Shown: positions 38,071 through 51,382 of the stretch, one piece after another
Layout: each line of letters begins with the position of its first letter
Numbering within the stretch: the first letter of the stretch is position 1
NCBI GenBank assembly: GCA_964016885.1
Contig: OZ024747.1
Coordinates: forward strand, 5,208,001-5,272,000
Length of the DNA: 64,000 bases
Direction of reading: 5' to 3'
Source of the DNA: Eledone cirrhosa
Taxonomy: Eukaryota
Program-made: the position numbers and the translations under genes
The notes under the pieces: generated by a model
Seen by the model: only the letters and a program-made list of their open reading frames with translations
What the model was told of the DNA's origin: nothing
The model's database searches: none

Positions 38071-38519
38071 CCTACTACATAAGTATTAGTCACATGTTGT
38101 TGTTGTTATTGTTTATCGTCATGTCAACCCTGATTGATCACATCAATGATGAAAGTCATTCGAGCCTTCAAGCTCCCGTCGTGTTAGAATTATCTAAAAC
38201 CCTTCTATCTAATGTGTTTGTTCTTCCTTTTCTTTATCTTTAAGACGTCATAATGTGATATTTTGAGCCTGTCCATCAGCCATGATGAGGCTAAATCCGG
38301 CTAGTTTTTCCTAAGTATCAGGTGATGCTCGCGAGGGTGCTTGGTTATTACAGCACCTTAGTCTCGCTATCATCCGCGGCAACATAGCCAATATGTTGGC
38401 TTCCCCCAGAAATTATTAGAGGGAAACTCCAGCATTTCTTCGTTGTGGCATGTGATTGGTTGTACGGCTCCCCCTTCTACTACCTTTTTATCTTCCTTTC
38501 TTATTTCCTCTCTTTTTAA

Positions 38520-39003
38520 GGCAGGTTTGCAGTTTTGGTAGAGCGTCGAACAAAATGTTTTGCGCTACAGTAATTAGTTATGACTTTCCGCGTTCTGAGT
38601 TCAAATCCCACCGAGCTCTCTTTTGCCTCTGATCGATCCGAGATCGATAAAATTAGTAATCATTATTTTCCTGGATTGGCAGTATCGGTAGAGGGTCGGA
38701 CGCCATGCTTTCCAGCATAGTTACGTCCCTTTACGATCTGAGTTCAAATCCCGCCGAGGTTGACTTTGCCTTTCATCCTTACGGGGTCGATAAAATAAAG
38801 TACCAGTAACGCACTGGGTAATTGCTGGCCTTGTGCCTAAAGTAGAAACAATTATTTTCCCGATAGTTATGTCCCTTTACGATCTGAGTTCAAATCCCGC
38901 CGAGGTTAACTTTGCCTTTCATCCTTACGGGGTCGATAAAATAAAGTACCAGTAATGTACTGGTGAATTTGCTGGCCTTGTGCCAAAAAGTAGAAACAAT
39001 TAT
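38520..39003 (+). mobile_element. Three tandem SINE family A copies
   Basis: GAGTTCAAATCCC and the SINE body recur three times. Confidence 0.85.
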
Positions 39004-39158
39004 TTTCCCGATTGTCGTTTTTCCTTTTATTAACGATACATACAATTTGTTTGATGGTCAATAAATATTGTTAAATGTGTTACTGAGATTTTTAAGGGGA
39101 CGGCATTCTTTCACCTCGATAGATATGTTCCCTTCCTGTGTTATTTCCTTCTTATATA

Positions 39159-39260
39159 CAGAGTGTCCCCCTAAAATGTATACATACTTTGATTACCTGT
39201 ACAGACAATATTTATTAGAATGCTGTTGAAGTGTGTATATATTTTTTGGGGGACACACTG
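39159..39260. mobile_element. Tc1/mariner-type MITE
   Basis: TA|CAGAGTGTCCCCC...GGGGGACACACTG|TA; TIR of about 30 bp and TA target duplication. Confidence 0.75.
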
Positions 39261-39294
<34 letters not shown>

Positions 39295-39865
39295 CGTGTG
39301 TATAGAACAATGACAACAAAACAAAAGTGAGAGATAGTAAATTAGTTCATTGTTTTACGATCGCTTCAGAGGGTCGATTGATCGTGGAAGATCGACTAGC
39401 ATGGTAGTGGTTACGTCACTACCAGTTTCTACAAGACGGTTGATTCAAAGAGCCAGCCTTGTCACATTCTGTATCATGCTGAATCTCCCCGAGAACTACG
39501 TTAAGGATATGCATGTCTGTGGAATGCTCAGCCACTTGTAAGTTAATTTCAAGTCAAAAGCAGGCTGTTCCGTTGATCAGATCACATAGAACACTCCTCG
39601 TCGGAGTGCCAGTTATGATATATTTAGATGTCTTTGGTCGAGTCAAACTAATAGACTTCCATCTTCTTATAAGTATATGCTAAATACCCTTTTAACTATT
39701 TCCTCAAACTCTGTTTATTGCATCTCTCACTGTTATCAGTGTTTTCCTACGTGTGTCGATGTGTAAAGGAAATTTCAATTTTATCGAACGGATCTAGAAA
39801 ATTCCTGACCAGATCATCGAATTTCTTGATTGGTGTCCTTGTTTTGGCATGTTTTTCTCATTCTA

Positions 39866-39990
39866 TTTTCTGATGAAAGACTAGAGTCCGAAACGTTAAG
39901 ACTCTTCCCTACTATATCAAGCGTAAAACTAATAATATATTTCTTCATTGTACTGTGTCGTTTGCTTTGTTATTTCTGTTTGCCTTTTGC
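39866..39990 (+). ncRNA. Candidate minimal type I hammerhead in a Penelope-like 3' end
   Basis: CTGATGA (39870-39876), GAC-TAGA-GTC stem II, GAAACGTTA with palindromic stem III, weak stem I. A related decayed copy is at ~11235-11335(-). Confidence 0.5.
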
Positions 39991-40459
39991 ATCTCTCTCT
40001 CCCCCCCCCCCCTCTCTCTCTCTCTCCCTATATATATAATACCAATGCTTATATTGTTTTTTTCTTGTCTTTTCGAATACAGGTGTGATTTGCGAGAGAT
40101 GTAGCTGCTTTTTCTAGCAGATCTAACGACTACTTGGAGGCTGCCTATGATATCAACCCATCATCATAAATATGTGACCTTGTGTTTGTGTTAGAAATAA
40201 TTATTTGCTGCTTTATCAACAGGAATTCTTACAAATCTGTTCTATAGTGTCGTTAAGTATTCAATAAAAAATGTGCATTCTTTTGCAGAAAACACTCTGA
40301 AAGAGACAAACAGCGGTAGAAAGTTGTGAGTTTATTCAGAGCTGAATATTTAATCAGTATATAAACAAAACTGTCCTAAGGCACTCCATGGAGAGATAAA
40401 GGAGGAGGACATGTTTGAGACTTCTAGAATTACAACAACAATGGTAAATATGAAAAAAG

Positions 40460-41055
40460 AGCACACACATACATACATATAGACACACAGACACACAGAC
40501 ACACAGACAGGCTCACACACACACACACAAACATATACACACACATACATGCACCCAGACAGACACACACAAACACAGTCACACGTTCACACACACACAC
40601 AAACACTCACACACATACACACATACACACACATACACACACACACACACACAGACACAGAGACACTCACAGACAGAGACACATACACACACACACACAC
40701 ATACACACATACACACACAGAGACACTCACACATACACACACACAGACACAGAGACACTCACAGACAGAGACACATACACAGACACACGTTCACATACAC
40801 ACACGCACACATACATATACACAGACACACGTTCACGTACATACACACACATACACACACATAACCCCCGCCCCCACACACACACACACAGACATACAGA
40901 CACACATACACATGCACAGACAGACACACAGACATATGTTCACACACACTCACACACACAGAGATACATATTTACACACACACACACACGCACACACACG
41001 CACACAGACACACACACACACACACACACGCACACACACACACACACACACACAC
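40460..41055. repeat. Compound (CA)n microsatellite
   Basis: Seen directly. Confidence 0.95.
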
Positions 41056-41410
41056 TAAAAAAGAGGAGCAACTAATTGTCACATTGATGGATACAATGTT
41101 GAATATTTCATAGCTTCTCTATGTAAACATTCGATCTGATTCCTATGGAATGGTTAATTTTTTAAGAGATGAGCGGCAGTTCCTATTTGAATCTGCTAAA
41201 TATTCTGATAACAATTCAGCAATACACCCCTCCATCCGTGCTTCGTATGAGGTTCTGACAGGAGAAATTCAACTTCGAATAAGAAACTTCCAGAAAGATT
41301 TTCTGGTCTGCCATGTTTTGTTACAATTCTTCAACTTTGGTGTTATTATTATAAACTATCCTATCATATCAAAATATATTTCCCATTACTTTCCTAATCG
41401 AATTTAGCTA

Positions 41411-41585
41411 ATAATTGTTTCTATTTTAGGCACAAGGCCAGCAATTTGAAGATGAGAGGGGAAAAGTCGATTAAATCGACACCAGTATATTACTGGTACT
41501 TTATTTTATCGACCCCGGAAGGATGAAAGTTAATCTCGGTAGGATTTGAACTTAGAACGTAAAGGACCGTAACTATATGCTGCGA
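41411..41585 (-). mobile_element. SINE family A copy, interrupted at its 5' side by (CTT)n at 41588-41662
   Basis: Reverse complement of the SINE body. Confidence 0.8.
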
Positions 41586-41686
41586 ATTCTTCTTCTTCTT
41601 CTTCTTCTTCTTCTTCTTCTTCTTCTTCTTCTTCTTCTTCTTCTTCTTCTTCTTCTTCTTCTAAGGCCACTTATTCTGAGAATGCC

Positions 41687-41773
41687 GTGGTAGTAGGAAA
41701 TATTTGAACGAGAACTTCGAAGACCGAAGTGGAGAAGAGTTCCGTGACAACGGCGGTCGAGCGCGGGTCAGTC
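41687..41773 (+). rRNA. Isolated ~87-bp 28S rRNA fragment (not a functional rDNA unit)
   Basis: GTGGTAGTAG.AAATATT..AACGAGAACTT.GAAG.CCGAAGTGGAGAAG.GTTCC...GGGTCAGTC matches a conserved eukaryotic LSU core segment as I recall it. Confidence 0.85.
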
Positions 41774-42305
41774 AGTTGACCTCGGTGACATTTCAACTCA
41801 GGATGCAAAGAACAGGAATAAATGCTTCAAAATATTTTATCCAACAGAGTTGGCTACCCCCAGATGTGAGCCTGGTGAGCTGGAATGGCTGCCCTTCCAG
41901 CGCATCTCCCTCGCCATCCTCCGGTGAAACACCTCTAAACTGTCTGCCGTGGCCATGACGGAAGTGCAGCTTTTCAACGGTTGAAAGGTGGATGTGAATG
42001 CTGAACATGGCCCAAGTCAATGGGTCTGCTGTGAGTGTGAGCCTTAGATTGGAGGATGATAACTGGGAGGATGCACTTGCTCTTGTAATCAAGGTGAACG
42101 TGGCCTTTTGTGGGCTTCCTCCACAAGTGACCCTCGGAAATTTCCTCATTTTCGGGAATTTTGCTTTGTTTGAATTTTTTTAAATGTTTCTTTGTTTTCG
42201 TTTCAACTTCTTTACATGTTAAAACCTGTACTGTATTGTGCTTTTCCGTCCTTAATGTTATTTTAATGTGAACTCTGTGTAGCTAATAAAGAAAGCATTA
42301 TTATT
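41774..42305 (+). mobile_element. Probable L1/Tx1-like LINE 3' end
   Basis: GC-rich decayed coding segment (FSTVERWM*MLNMAQVNGS), then a T-rich 3' UTR and AATAAA near 42285. Confidence 0.4.
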
Positions 42306-42313
42306 TGACAAAA

Positions 42314-42940
42314 GGGCAGTGGATTGGCAGAATCAGTAGAGCGCCGGCTACTATGCTACGCGGCATATAGTTAAGGCTCTTTACGTTTTGAGTTCAAAAC
42401 CCCCGAGGTTAGCTTTGACTTTCATCCTTACGGTGTCGATAAAATAAAGTACCAGTCATGCACTGGGGTCGATTTAATCGACTTTTCCTTTCCCCTAAAA
42501 TTGTTGGCTTTGTGCTTGTGGATTGGCAGTATCGGTAGAGGGTCGGACGCTATGCTTTGACGTATAGAGTTACGGCCCTTGCCATTCTGAGTTCAAATCC
42601 CGCCGAAGTTAACTTTGCCTTTCATCCTTACGGAGTCGATAAAATAAAGTACCAGTAATGCACTGGGTAATTTCTGGCCTTGTGCCTAAAGTAGAAACAA
42701 TTATCATTATTTGTTTCGTTTCAATATTATTTGTTTGTTGTCTAACTTTACAATGTTATGTTATAATTGTTTCTACTTTAGGCACAAGGCCAGCAATTAC
42801 CCAGGGTATTACTGGTACTTTATTTTATCGACCCCGTAAGGATGAAAGGCAAAGTCAACCTCGGCGGGATTTGAACTCAGATCGTAAAGGGACGTAACTA
42901 TGCTGGAAAGCATGGGGTCCGACCCACTACTGATACTGCC
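42314..42940. mobile_element. Three SINE family A copies: two tandem (+) and one (-)
   Basis: Bodies at 42314-42518(+), 42519-42703(+) and 42764-42940(-). Confidence 0.85.
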
Positions 42941-43874
42941 TAACAAATATATCTGAAGTTTCTCCGCCAACATTTAACTATGGACGGCTGTTTGGAGAAT
43001 GCAATCACTTAAAGGTTTTTTTAATTTTGTGGAATAGAAATCTTCATGCACACGGAATCAAAGGGAGGTAACTTTAATATTTTATTTTGAGTTATTTTTC
43101 TTGAAAAAGAAAAAGAAGAGAAAATCAAACCCGAATACCCAATACACGTGGTACACAGGTGCGCATTCGTATTTTCACCGCACCCAGGGTCCTCGTTTAC
43201 TTTAAAAATGTGAGGGGGACAAACCAACGTTTGTTGATTCTCAAAAGAGCATATTAGTATTACTTATGGTGCCTTTCCTGGACCCTGTCACATAAGTAAC
43301 ATTTTATTTATTCAAATGAAGTTCAGATATAAAAAAAATAAGCTTAAAAAAAATTTATTATATCAAATAAACAAAAAATAAAATATGGACGTTTGAAAAA
43401 GTGTGCGTGTATGTGTGTGGGGGGGGGGGGGACTTGTCCCCTAATACCCCCCTGAAACGAGGCCCTTGTCCGCACACGTATTCTTACTGTTTAATGTTGT
43501 GGGTTCGATTCCTGGGCTGGGTTGCGTGTTGCGTGTTGAGCAAAATGCTCCATTTCTCGTTGTTCAAGTATACTGAGCTGGAAAAGGAAATGAGTACCAG
43601 CAATAGCTAGAGGTTTAAACCAGCGATGGACTGGCGTCCTGTCCAGGGGGAAATCTTGTACTCTGAGTCACTTCACGCCACGGAAACCAGGGTAAGCTTT
43701 AGACTTTAGAGTTTTTTTAGACTTTATTCAGACGACTGCGGTCATACTGGGGCACCACCTTGTTTTATAAATAAATATTTGTTGAATTGTTAGATTACGG
43801 GGTAAAAGGGGGGGACAGCTTGTAGAACAACACCGTTTGTAGGTCTGGGTAAACTTAAACATGGATATTAACAG

Positions 43875-44470
43875 ACTCTCTCCCCCTCTCTCTCTTTCCC
43901 TGTCTCTTTCTCTGTCTCTCTCTCTTTCTTTCTCTCTTTCCACCCCCCTCTCTCTTTCTCTGTTTGTCTCTCTCTCTCTTTCTCTCTCTTTCTTTCTCTG
44001 TCTCTCTCTCTTTCTCTCTTCCCCACCCTCTCTTTCTCTGTCTCTGTCTCTCTCTCTATTTCTCTCTCTCCCTCTTTCTCTCTCTCTCTTTCTCTGTCTG
44101 TTTCTCTGTCTCTTTCCTTCTCTCCTTCTCTTTCACTCTCTCTCTCTCTTTCTATTTCTCTCTGTCTCTCTGTCTCTCTCTCTCTCCCTCTCTCTCTCTT
44201 TCTCTCTCTCCCTCTTTCTCTCTCTCCCTCTCCTCTCTTTCCCTCTCTCTCCCTTTCTCCCTCTCTCTCTCTCTCTCTCTCTCACATACAGACACACACA
44301 CACACACATAGACACACATACACACATACAGGCACACATACACGAACACTTACACACGAACATACAGAAACATACATAGACACACACATTTACGCACATA
44401 CATACAAAGAACACACACATACGCGCACATACATAGGCACACACACAGACACACATACATGTACACGCAC
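43875..44470. repeat. (CT)n followed by (CA)n compound microsatellite
   Basis: Seen directly. Confidence 0.95.
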
Positions 44471-44700
44471 ATACCCAGATTCAAACGGATGGTCATATAT
44501 ATATATATATATATTCATTTTTAACTCTTTACGTTGCCTCGCCATTTTTCTTTATTTACCTGTCTCTCTTTCTCCACCCAATTCTTTTTATCCCAATAAC
44601 TTTATTTAGAGGCATCTGATCTTTAATGCGAAGAAATACCTATGATGGCCAGAAGATCACTGATGATGGATAGTCCTGGCTTCTTACTCTAATTTTAATT

Positions 44701-44764
<64 letters not shown>

Positions 44765-44877
44765 AAAATGTTCAAGACCCCGACTGCAGAGATCAAGCCG
44801 TTTCGACGACTATTTCTGGACTCTGGTGCGTTATGGTCCACCTGGTTCCTTACCACACTTCCTTCGTTATCTCTCTC

Positions 44878-44939
<62 letters not shown>

Positions 44940-44941
44940 GA

Positions 44942-44996
44942 TGAGATTCTACAGGACTAGAACTGTTTCATTCATTAGAAATCATCAGGAATCTCA
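44942..44996 (-). ncRNA. Type I hammerhead ribozyme motif
   Basis: TGAGATTC-CTGATGA-TTTCTAATGAAT-GAAA-CAG-TTCTAGTC-CTG-TA-GAATCTCA: 8-bp stem I, intact core, GUA cleavage triplet. Confidence 0.8.
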
Positions 44997-44998
44997 GC

Positions 44999-45047
44999 GA
45001 TTCCTGATGATTTCTAATGAATGAAACAGTTCTAGTCCTGTAGAATC
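44999..45047 (+). ncRNA. Type I hammerhead ribozyme motif, inverted twin of 44942-44996
   Basis: GATTC-CTGATGA(45004-45010)...GAAA(45023-45026)-CAG..CTG-TA(45041-45042)-GAATC. The element tail continues to ~45130; a second family member is at 59995-60122. Confidence 0.75.
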
Positions 45048-45130
45048 TCATCTATATTAAAACTGTTATACTCTGCTATGTATTGAGTACCTTACTTACT
45101 GTGGTTACCTCCGATTCAACCCGGAATAAC

Positions 45131-45182
<52 letters not shown>

Positions 45183-45195
45183 GTGGTTATATAAC

Positions 45196-45235
45196 CGAGA
45201 AACAATTGTTTCACCTTAGCGGATTCCTCAGCTCG
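45196..45235 (-). ncRNA. Candidate minimal hammerhead with palindromic stem III
   Basis: CGAG-CTGAGGA-ATCCGCTAAGGT-GAAA-CAATTG-TT-T-CTCG. Confidence 0.55.
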
Positions 45236-45300
45236 TAATGCTTCTACCTAACTTGTCCCATGGACTGAGTGCTCTACCACTACGGATATTACCTTCGTGT

Positions 45301-45370
<70 letters not shown>

Positions 45371-45736
45371 AGTGTGTGTGTAAGTGTGTGTATATATCAC
45401 GATGGAATCAGTTTGAAACTAGTTAGACCATTACTTAACAGAGTACTCGATACTTGGGGTAGTAGAGTATTGTTATATTATAAAGAGTCGGGACCCGACG
45501 GCTGAGCTCTTGCCGTTTGTTTCAACAGCTAGTTCCAGACTATTTGCCGAAGGGCTTCGTGGTTTACTGGCTGTGTCACCAGGGGTGTGCTTTCTCCAAA
45601 TAAGGGCATACATTATTTACCCAATTTGATGTAGAAAATGAAGCAACAAAGGCGCTGCACCAGCATGGCCTCAGCCAGATGGCTGGAACCGGTAAAATAG
45701 TATACATATATATGTCTGTGTGCGTGTGTGTGTATA

Positions 45737-45825
<89 letters not shown>

Positions 45826-45841
45826 GTATATATATATATAT

Positions 45842-45887
<46 letters not shown>

Positions 45888-45948
45888 ACATATAAATATA
45901 TATACATACATACATATATATATATTGAATATATATACATATATATAT

Positions 45949-46018
<70 letters not shown>

Positions 46019-46310
46019 TAATAAATATACACTAAATAATTACACTAAAACACACTAACATGTTTCGTTTTGGTTTTATTTTCGCAGATGTGCATCCAAC
46101 ATGCATGCATGCACGCCAACGTCAGTTTCACCACGTTAATTCTAGACATGTATGCACATTCATATATACACATCAATGAATATATATTTAGGAAGAACAG
46201 ACATTAGTTTGGGCATGCATGTAATTTTTTGTCTGTACGCAACATTGAAAAATCATATAAAAATAAATCACTGAACAAGTGGTAGTGGTGATGGGCATAT
46301 ATATATGTGT

Positions 46311-46362
<52 letters not shown>

Positions 46363-46519
46363 GTGCGTGCGTGGGTGTATACAAATATAGGTACATATAC
46401 ATATATATAAATCTATATGTACACGTATATATAAATATATATATGTGTGTCTGTGTATATACACATACATATATATACATATATATAAATCTATATGTAC
46501 ACGTATTTCATGCACACAC

Positions 46520-46574
<55 letters not shown>

Positions 46575-46724
46575 GTGTGTGTGTGTGTGTGTATACATGA
46601 AATACATAATATGTGCACATATATATAGGTTTATATATATGTATATGTACCTATATACGCCTACACGCCTACATATGTATGCACGTTCAGAGATAGTCAC
46701 ATACGCCTGTGCGCGCGCGCAACC

Positions 46725-46755
<31 letters not shown>

Positions 46756-46887
46756 AATCCTAAGCATGCATGATATATCGTGACCGCCATATATATTTAT
46801 TTAATTCTTCTTCGGCTTTTTGTTAGTAATCTTCTTTCAAGGTACAAATGCGAATATATATATATATATATATACATATTTATATGC

Positions 46888-46925
<38 letters not shown>

Positions 46926-46939
46926 GTATATATATATAC

Positions 46940-47019
<80 letters not shown>

Positions 47020-47032
47020 ATATATATATACG

Positions 47033-47065
<33 letters not shown>

Positions 47066-47079
47066 GCATATAAACATTT

Positions 47080-47127
<48 letters not shown>

Positions 47128-47439
47128 CACACACACACACATATATATATCTGTATATATATATAGAGAGAGAGATATAGATATAATGTCTATATGTGTG
47201 TGTGTGTATGAGTGTGTCTGTGTGAGTGTTTGTGTGTTGCACATTGTTGGAACAACTAAATTACACGATGTTGCAGATATATTGCACATTGCTGCAATCT
47301 TTTTCTACTTCTCTAGGAAACTTTTTATTGCAGCTGCAACTGCAATTTCCAGACCTTGACATATTTCCTGAAGCCATACTTTATATATGTGTGTATATAT
47401 CTGTGTATATATAAATATGTGAGCATCTGTGTATATGTG

Positions 47440-48130
47440 TGTACATAAATGTATGAACATCTGTATACATGTGTGTGTACATAAATGTATGAACATTTGT
47501 ATACATGTGTGTATATATAAATGTATGAACATTTGTATACATGTGTGTATCTATAAATGTATGAACATTTGTATACATGTATGTATATATAAATGTATGA
47601 ACATTTGTATACATGTGTGTATATATAAATGTATGAACATTTGTATACATGTGTGTATATATAAATGTATGAACATTTGTATACATGTGTGTATATATAA
47701 ATGTATGAACATTTGTATACATGTGTGTATATATAAATGTATGAACATTTGTATACATGTGTGTATATATAAATGTATGAATATTTGTATACATGTGTGT
47801 ATATATAAATGTATGAACATTTGTATACATGTGTGTATATATAAATGTATGAACATTTGTATACATGTGTGTATATATAAATGTATGAACATTTGTATAC
47901 ATGTGTGTATATATAAATGTATGAACATTTGTATACATGTGTGTATATATAAATGTATGAACATTTGTATACATGTGTGTATATATAAATGTATGAACAT
48001 TTGTATACATGTGTGTATATATAAATGTATGAATATTTGTATACATGTGTGTATATATAAATGTATGAACATTTGTATACATGTGTGTATATATAAATGT
48101 ATGAATATTTGTATACATGTGTGTATATAT
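47440..48130. repeat. 36-bp minisatellite, about 19 copies
   Basis: Unit GTATACATGTGTGTATATATAAATGTATGAACATTT; shows as 12-aa periodicity in the ORF track. Confidence 0.95.
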
Positions 48131-48223
48131 TCTCGTATGTCTGTATAGGTGTCTTTGTTTTCTTACATGTGTGCGTCTCACTCATACATTATTACAAGGT
48201 ATATAGATGTGTGTATGTGTGAG

Positions 48224-48312
<89 letters not shown>

Positions 48313-48695
48313 GTAGTTTATTTTTTCTATAGGATTATTTAAGCTGTCAAATACTCTGTGTACTGTGTATACAAGCATACATATATATATATATACGTAT
48401 GTATGTATGTATGTATGTATGTATGTATGTATGTATGTATGTATGTATGTATGTATGTATGTATGTATGTATGTATATATATATAGTGAAAGAGTGAAGA
48501 ATAACATGGTGGGCTGTACAAAAAGGGTTTTATTTACAGTATTAGCAATTGTTTCATGGATCAGGTGAGTCTAGAGGCCGCCAATCACTCGAAATTGCGT
48601 CATTCGACCTTAAATACACTGTGTCTCTGTGTCTCTGATCAAATCATCGGAATACTGGAGGGTATACCACATGGCATTGGTAATTATAGATACAT

Positions 48696-48750
<55 letters not shown>

Positions 48751-48829
48751 CACACACAAATATTTTAAAGAAACTGATCTTTGTCAAAAAATGAATAATG
48801 TTGAAAAAAATAAAATTGGGGCCCGTTTT

Positions 48830-49500
48830 GTTTGAGTCACCCTGATGTAGGAGTTAGCTACACGTGCTTTTGCTGCTTAGGAACAAGTTCTGTCCGTATC
48901 ACTGGTACAGTGTGTCACGCATTCATTGTTCTGAAACATGCTTTTTACAACATAAGTCGCCTACCTCTCTCAAGTCACTTTCCATTTCGTAGTTTTGTAA
49001 AGAACACCCAGAGAGTTTCGCTGGAGATGTTATGTTTTAAGAGAGACCATTACAGTTCATTTAATGCTACTGCATCGTTGTTATGCTGTTTATTTATATT
49101 CCAGATTCTTCCTCAGAATTACTCCAGGTTATCATGTGGAGGAATATTCATAACTTTGATCCTATGACCGTTCATGCTGTGATATACAACAAAGTAACAG
49201 TTGATAGTCTTACATATTCGTAATTTCTTACGGTAACAGAGCTATTCCCTTACTATTGTATACTTGAGGGCAATTAGTTTACCCATGTCTATCTCTTGTT
49301 GGTAATTCTCAATTATTTTGGATAGTCTATCATTGTCGCGGCATGTATCTCGTCAATTTATTATTTACTTTACATCTGTTACTATCCAATTGTCCAATAC
49401 TTTTCACAGTCTGACAATTTTATTTTGAAGAAAGTTGTTCCATTTTGGTTATGTTTCCATTTCTATCGATCTCTGTTGCTCCTATCTGTTGGCGAATGCT
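48830..49500 (-). mobile_element. Possible decayed Penelope-like ORF 3' part (GIY-YIG region)
   Basis: HNNDAVALNEL*WSLLKHNISSETLW loosely resembles the PLE endonuclease C-terminal T-x-LS-xx-IW-x-LK pattern. Confidence 0.35.
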
Positions 49501-49511
49501 TATTACAACAA

Positions 49512-49675
49512 AATTGTTTCTACTTTTGGCACAAAGCCAGCAATTATTCCAGTGTATTACTGGTACTTTATTTTATCGACCCCGTAAGGATTTGAACTCA
49601 GACCATAAAAGGCCGTAACTCTTTGCTATAAAGCATGGCGTTAGACCCTCTACCGATACTGCCGACCCACCGCCT
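49512..49675 (-). mobile_element. SINE family A copy (others at ~4550-4735 -, 14475-14560 -, 49960-50110 +, 56848-56980 -)
   Basis: Reverse complement of the SINE body. Confidence 0.8.
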
Positions 49676-50224
49676 GGTTATTACAACATAATGTAGTAGG
49701 GAGTTTAATGTCAAAAAGGTAGAGGCTTCAACCTGTGTTAGGTGTTCTTTAAGAGTTTCATCGTTCATAGATAACATCAAAGTCAGTAGGTTGACAAATA
49801 TAACCGTGGCCTACTTAACCAGGGCCTATAAGAGGGAAGGGTAGTGGTCCATTTCTTTTGGTGGCCCTGTACGATAGTAGTGCTTTGTCTATGTAAATAC
49901 TGAACGTCTGCTTAAATCTTGCTGTAAGATGTATTTTAAGTAGTTTGTATTAATTTCTATAGAATCATAATGGTAGAGTCGTTAGAACGTCGGATAGAAT
50001 AATTTACCACATGTTTCGACTCACTGAGTTCAAATCCCGCCGAAGTCAACTTTGCCTTTCATCTATTCTAGATTGATAAATAAAGTACCAGTCATGTACT
50101 AGGGTCAATTCTTCCTCTATATCTCATTATCTTTGAGAGGAGAATATGTTGAATAAAGTCATAATTAACTGATCCTCCTGTTTTTCCTTTTACCCGAAAG
50201 CCAGGAAATTTTCAGTAGCACCTC

Positions 50225-50311
<87 letters not shown>

Positions 50312-50436
50312 TACGTAACCGATCAATCGGACTTTTACCAATTAATGATGGGCTCAAGTTATTATAAAGAGTGGTGTGCTCATGCGCGGAGATGATAAAA
50401 TTGGGTGAAGACGCTTAGAGGCGAAAAAAGAAATTG

Positions 50437-50508
<72 letters not shown>

Positions 50509-50549
50509 AAGGGGGAAGTAGGAGTGAGAGAATGATGTGAATATGTATT

Positions 50550-50900
50550 ATTCTACATGTAGTATTATTGTCCCTACATGTTTATCTGAGTTGTATCCTA
50601 CATGTATATATATATATGTGTACTATACTACATGTATATCTGTGTTGTATCCTACATGTATATATGTGTACTATACTACATGTATATCTGTGTTGTATCC
50701 TACATGTATATAAGTGTACTATACTACATGGTTAACTGAGTAGTATCCTACATGTGTACTTGTGTGGCATCCTACATGTTTAACTGAGTAGTATCCTACA
50801 TGTATATATATGTGTACTATACTACATGTATATCTGTGTTGTATCCTACATGTATATATGTGTACTATACTACATGGTTAACTGAGTAGTATCCTACATG
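50550..50900. repeat. Complex minisatellite built on CTACATG at ~20-26 bp spacing
   Basis: TACTACATG and TCCTACATG variants alternate. Confidence 0.85.
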
Positions 50901-51180
50901 TATATATACACTCATACACACATACACACATACACACATACACTCATACACACATACACTCATACATACACACATACACACATACACACATACACTCATA
51001 CACACATACACTCATACACTCATACACACATACACACATACACACATACACACATACACACATACACTCATACACACATACACTCATACATATACACACA
51101 TACATACATACACTCATGCACACATACACACATACATATTATGCACACACACACCTCATTTATATATACACAATAGACAC

Positions 51181-51226
<46 letters not shown>

Positions 51227-51330
51227 GACACTATATATGTATATATATGTATGTGTATATACACAGACACACATATATATATGTATATATATGAAGAGTG
51301 AGATGTACTTGTATGCATTTATATGTATGA

Positions 51331-51382
<52 letters not shown>

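Noticed and set aside
38670-38760. tRNA gene at SINE heads
   Set aside because: A- and B-box-like motifs are present, but there is no cloverleaf and each is followed by the SINE body.
47325-48185. 239-286 aa repetitive ORFs
   Set aside because: They are a by-product of a 36-bp stop-poor minisatellite open in several frames on both strands.
48555-48610. Hammerhead-like GAAATTGCGTC segment; also isolated CTGATGA at ~44660 and ~58215
   Set aside because: The core is incomplete or the matching GAAA and stems are missing.
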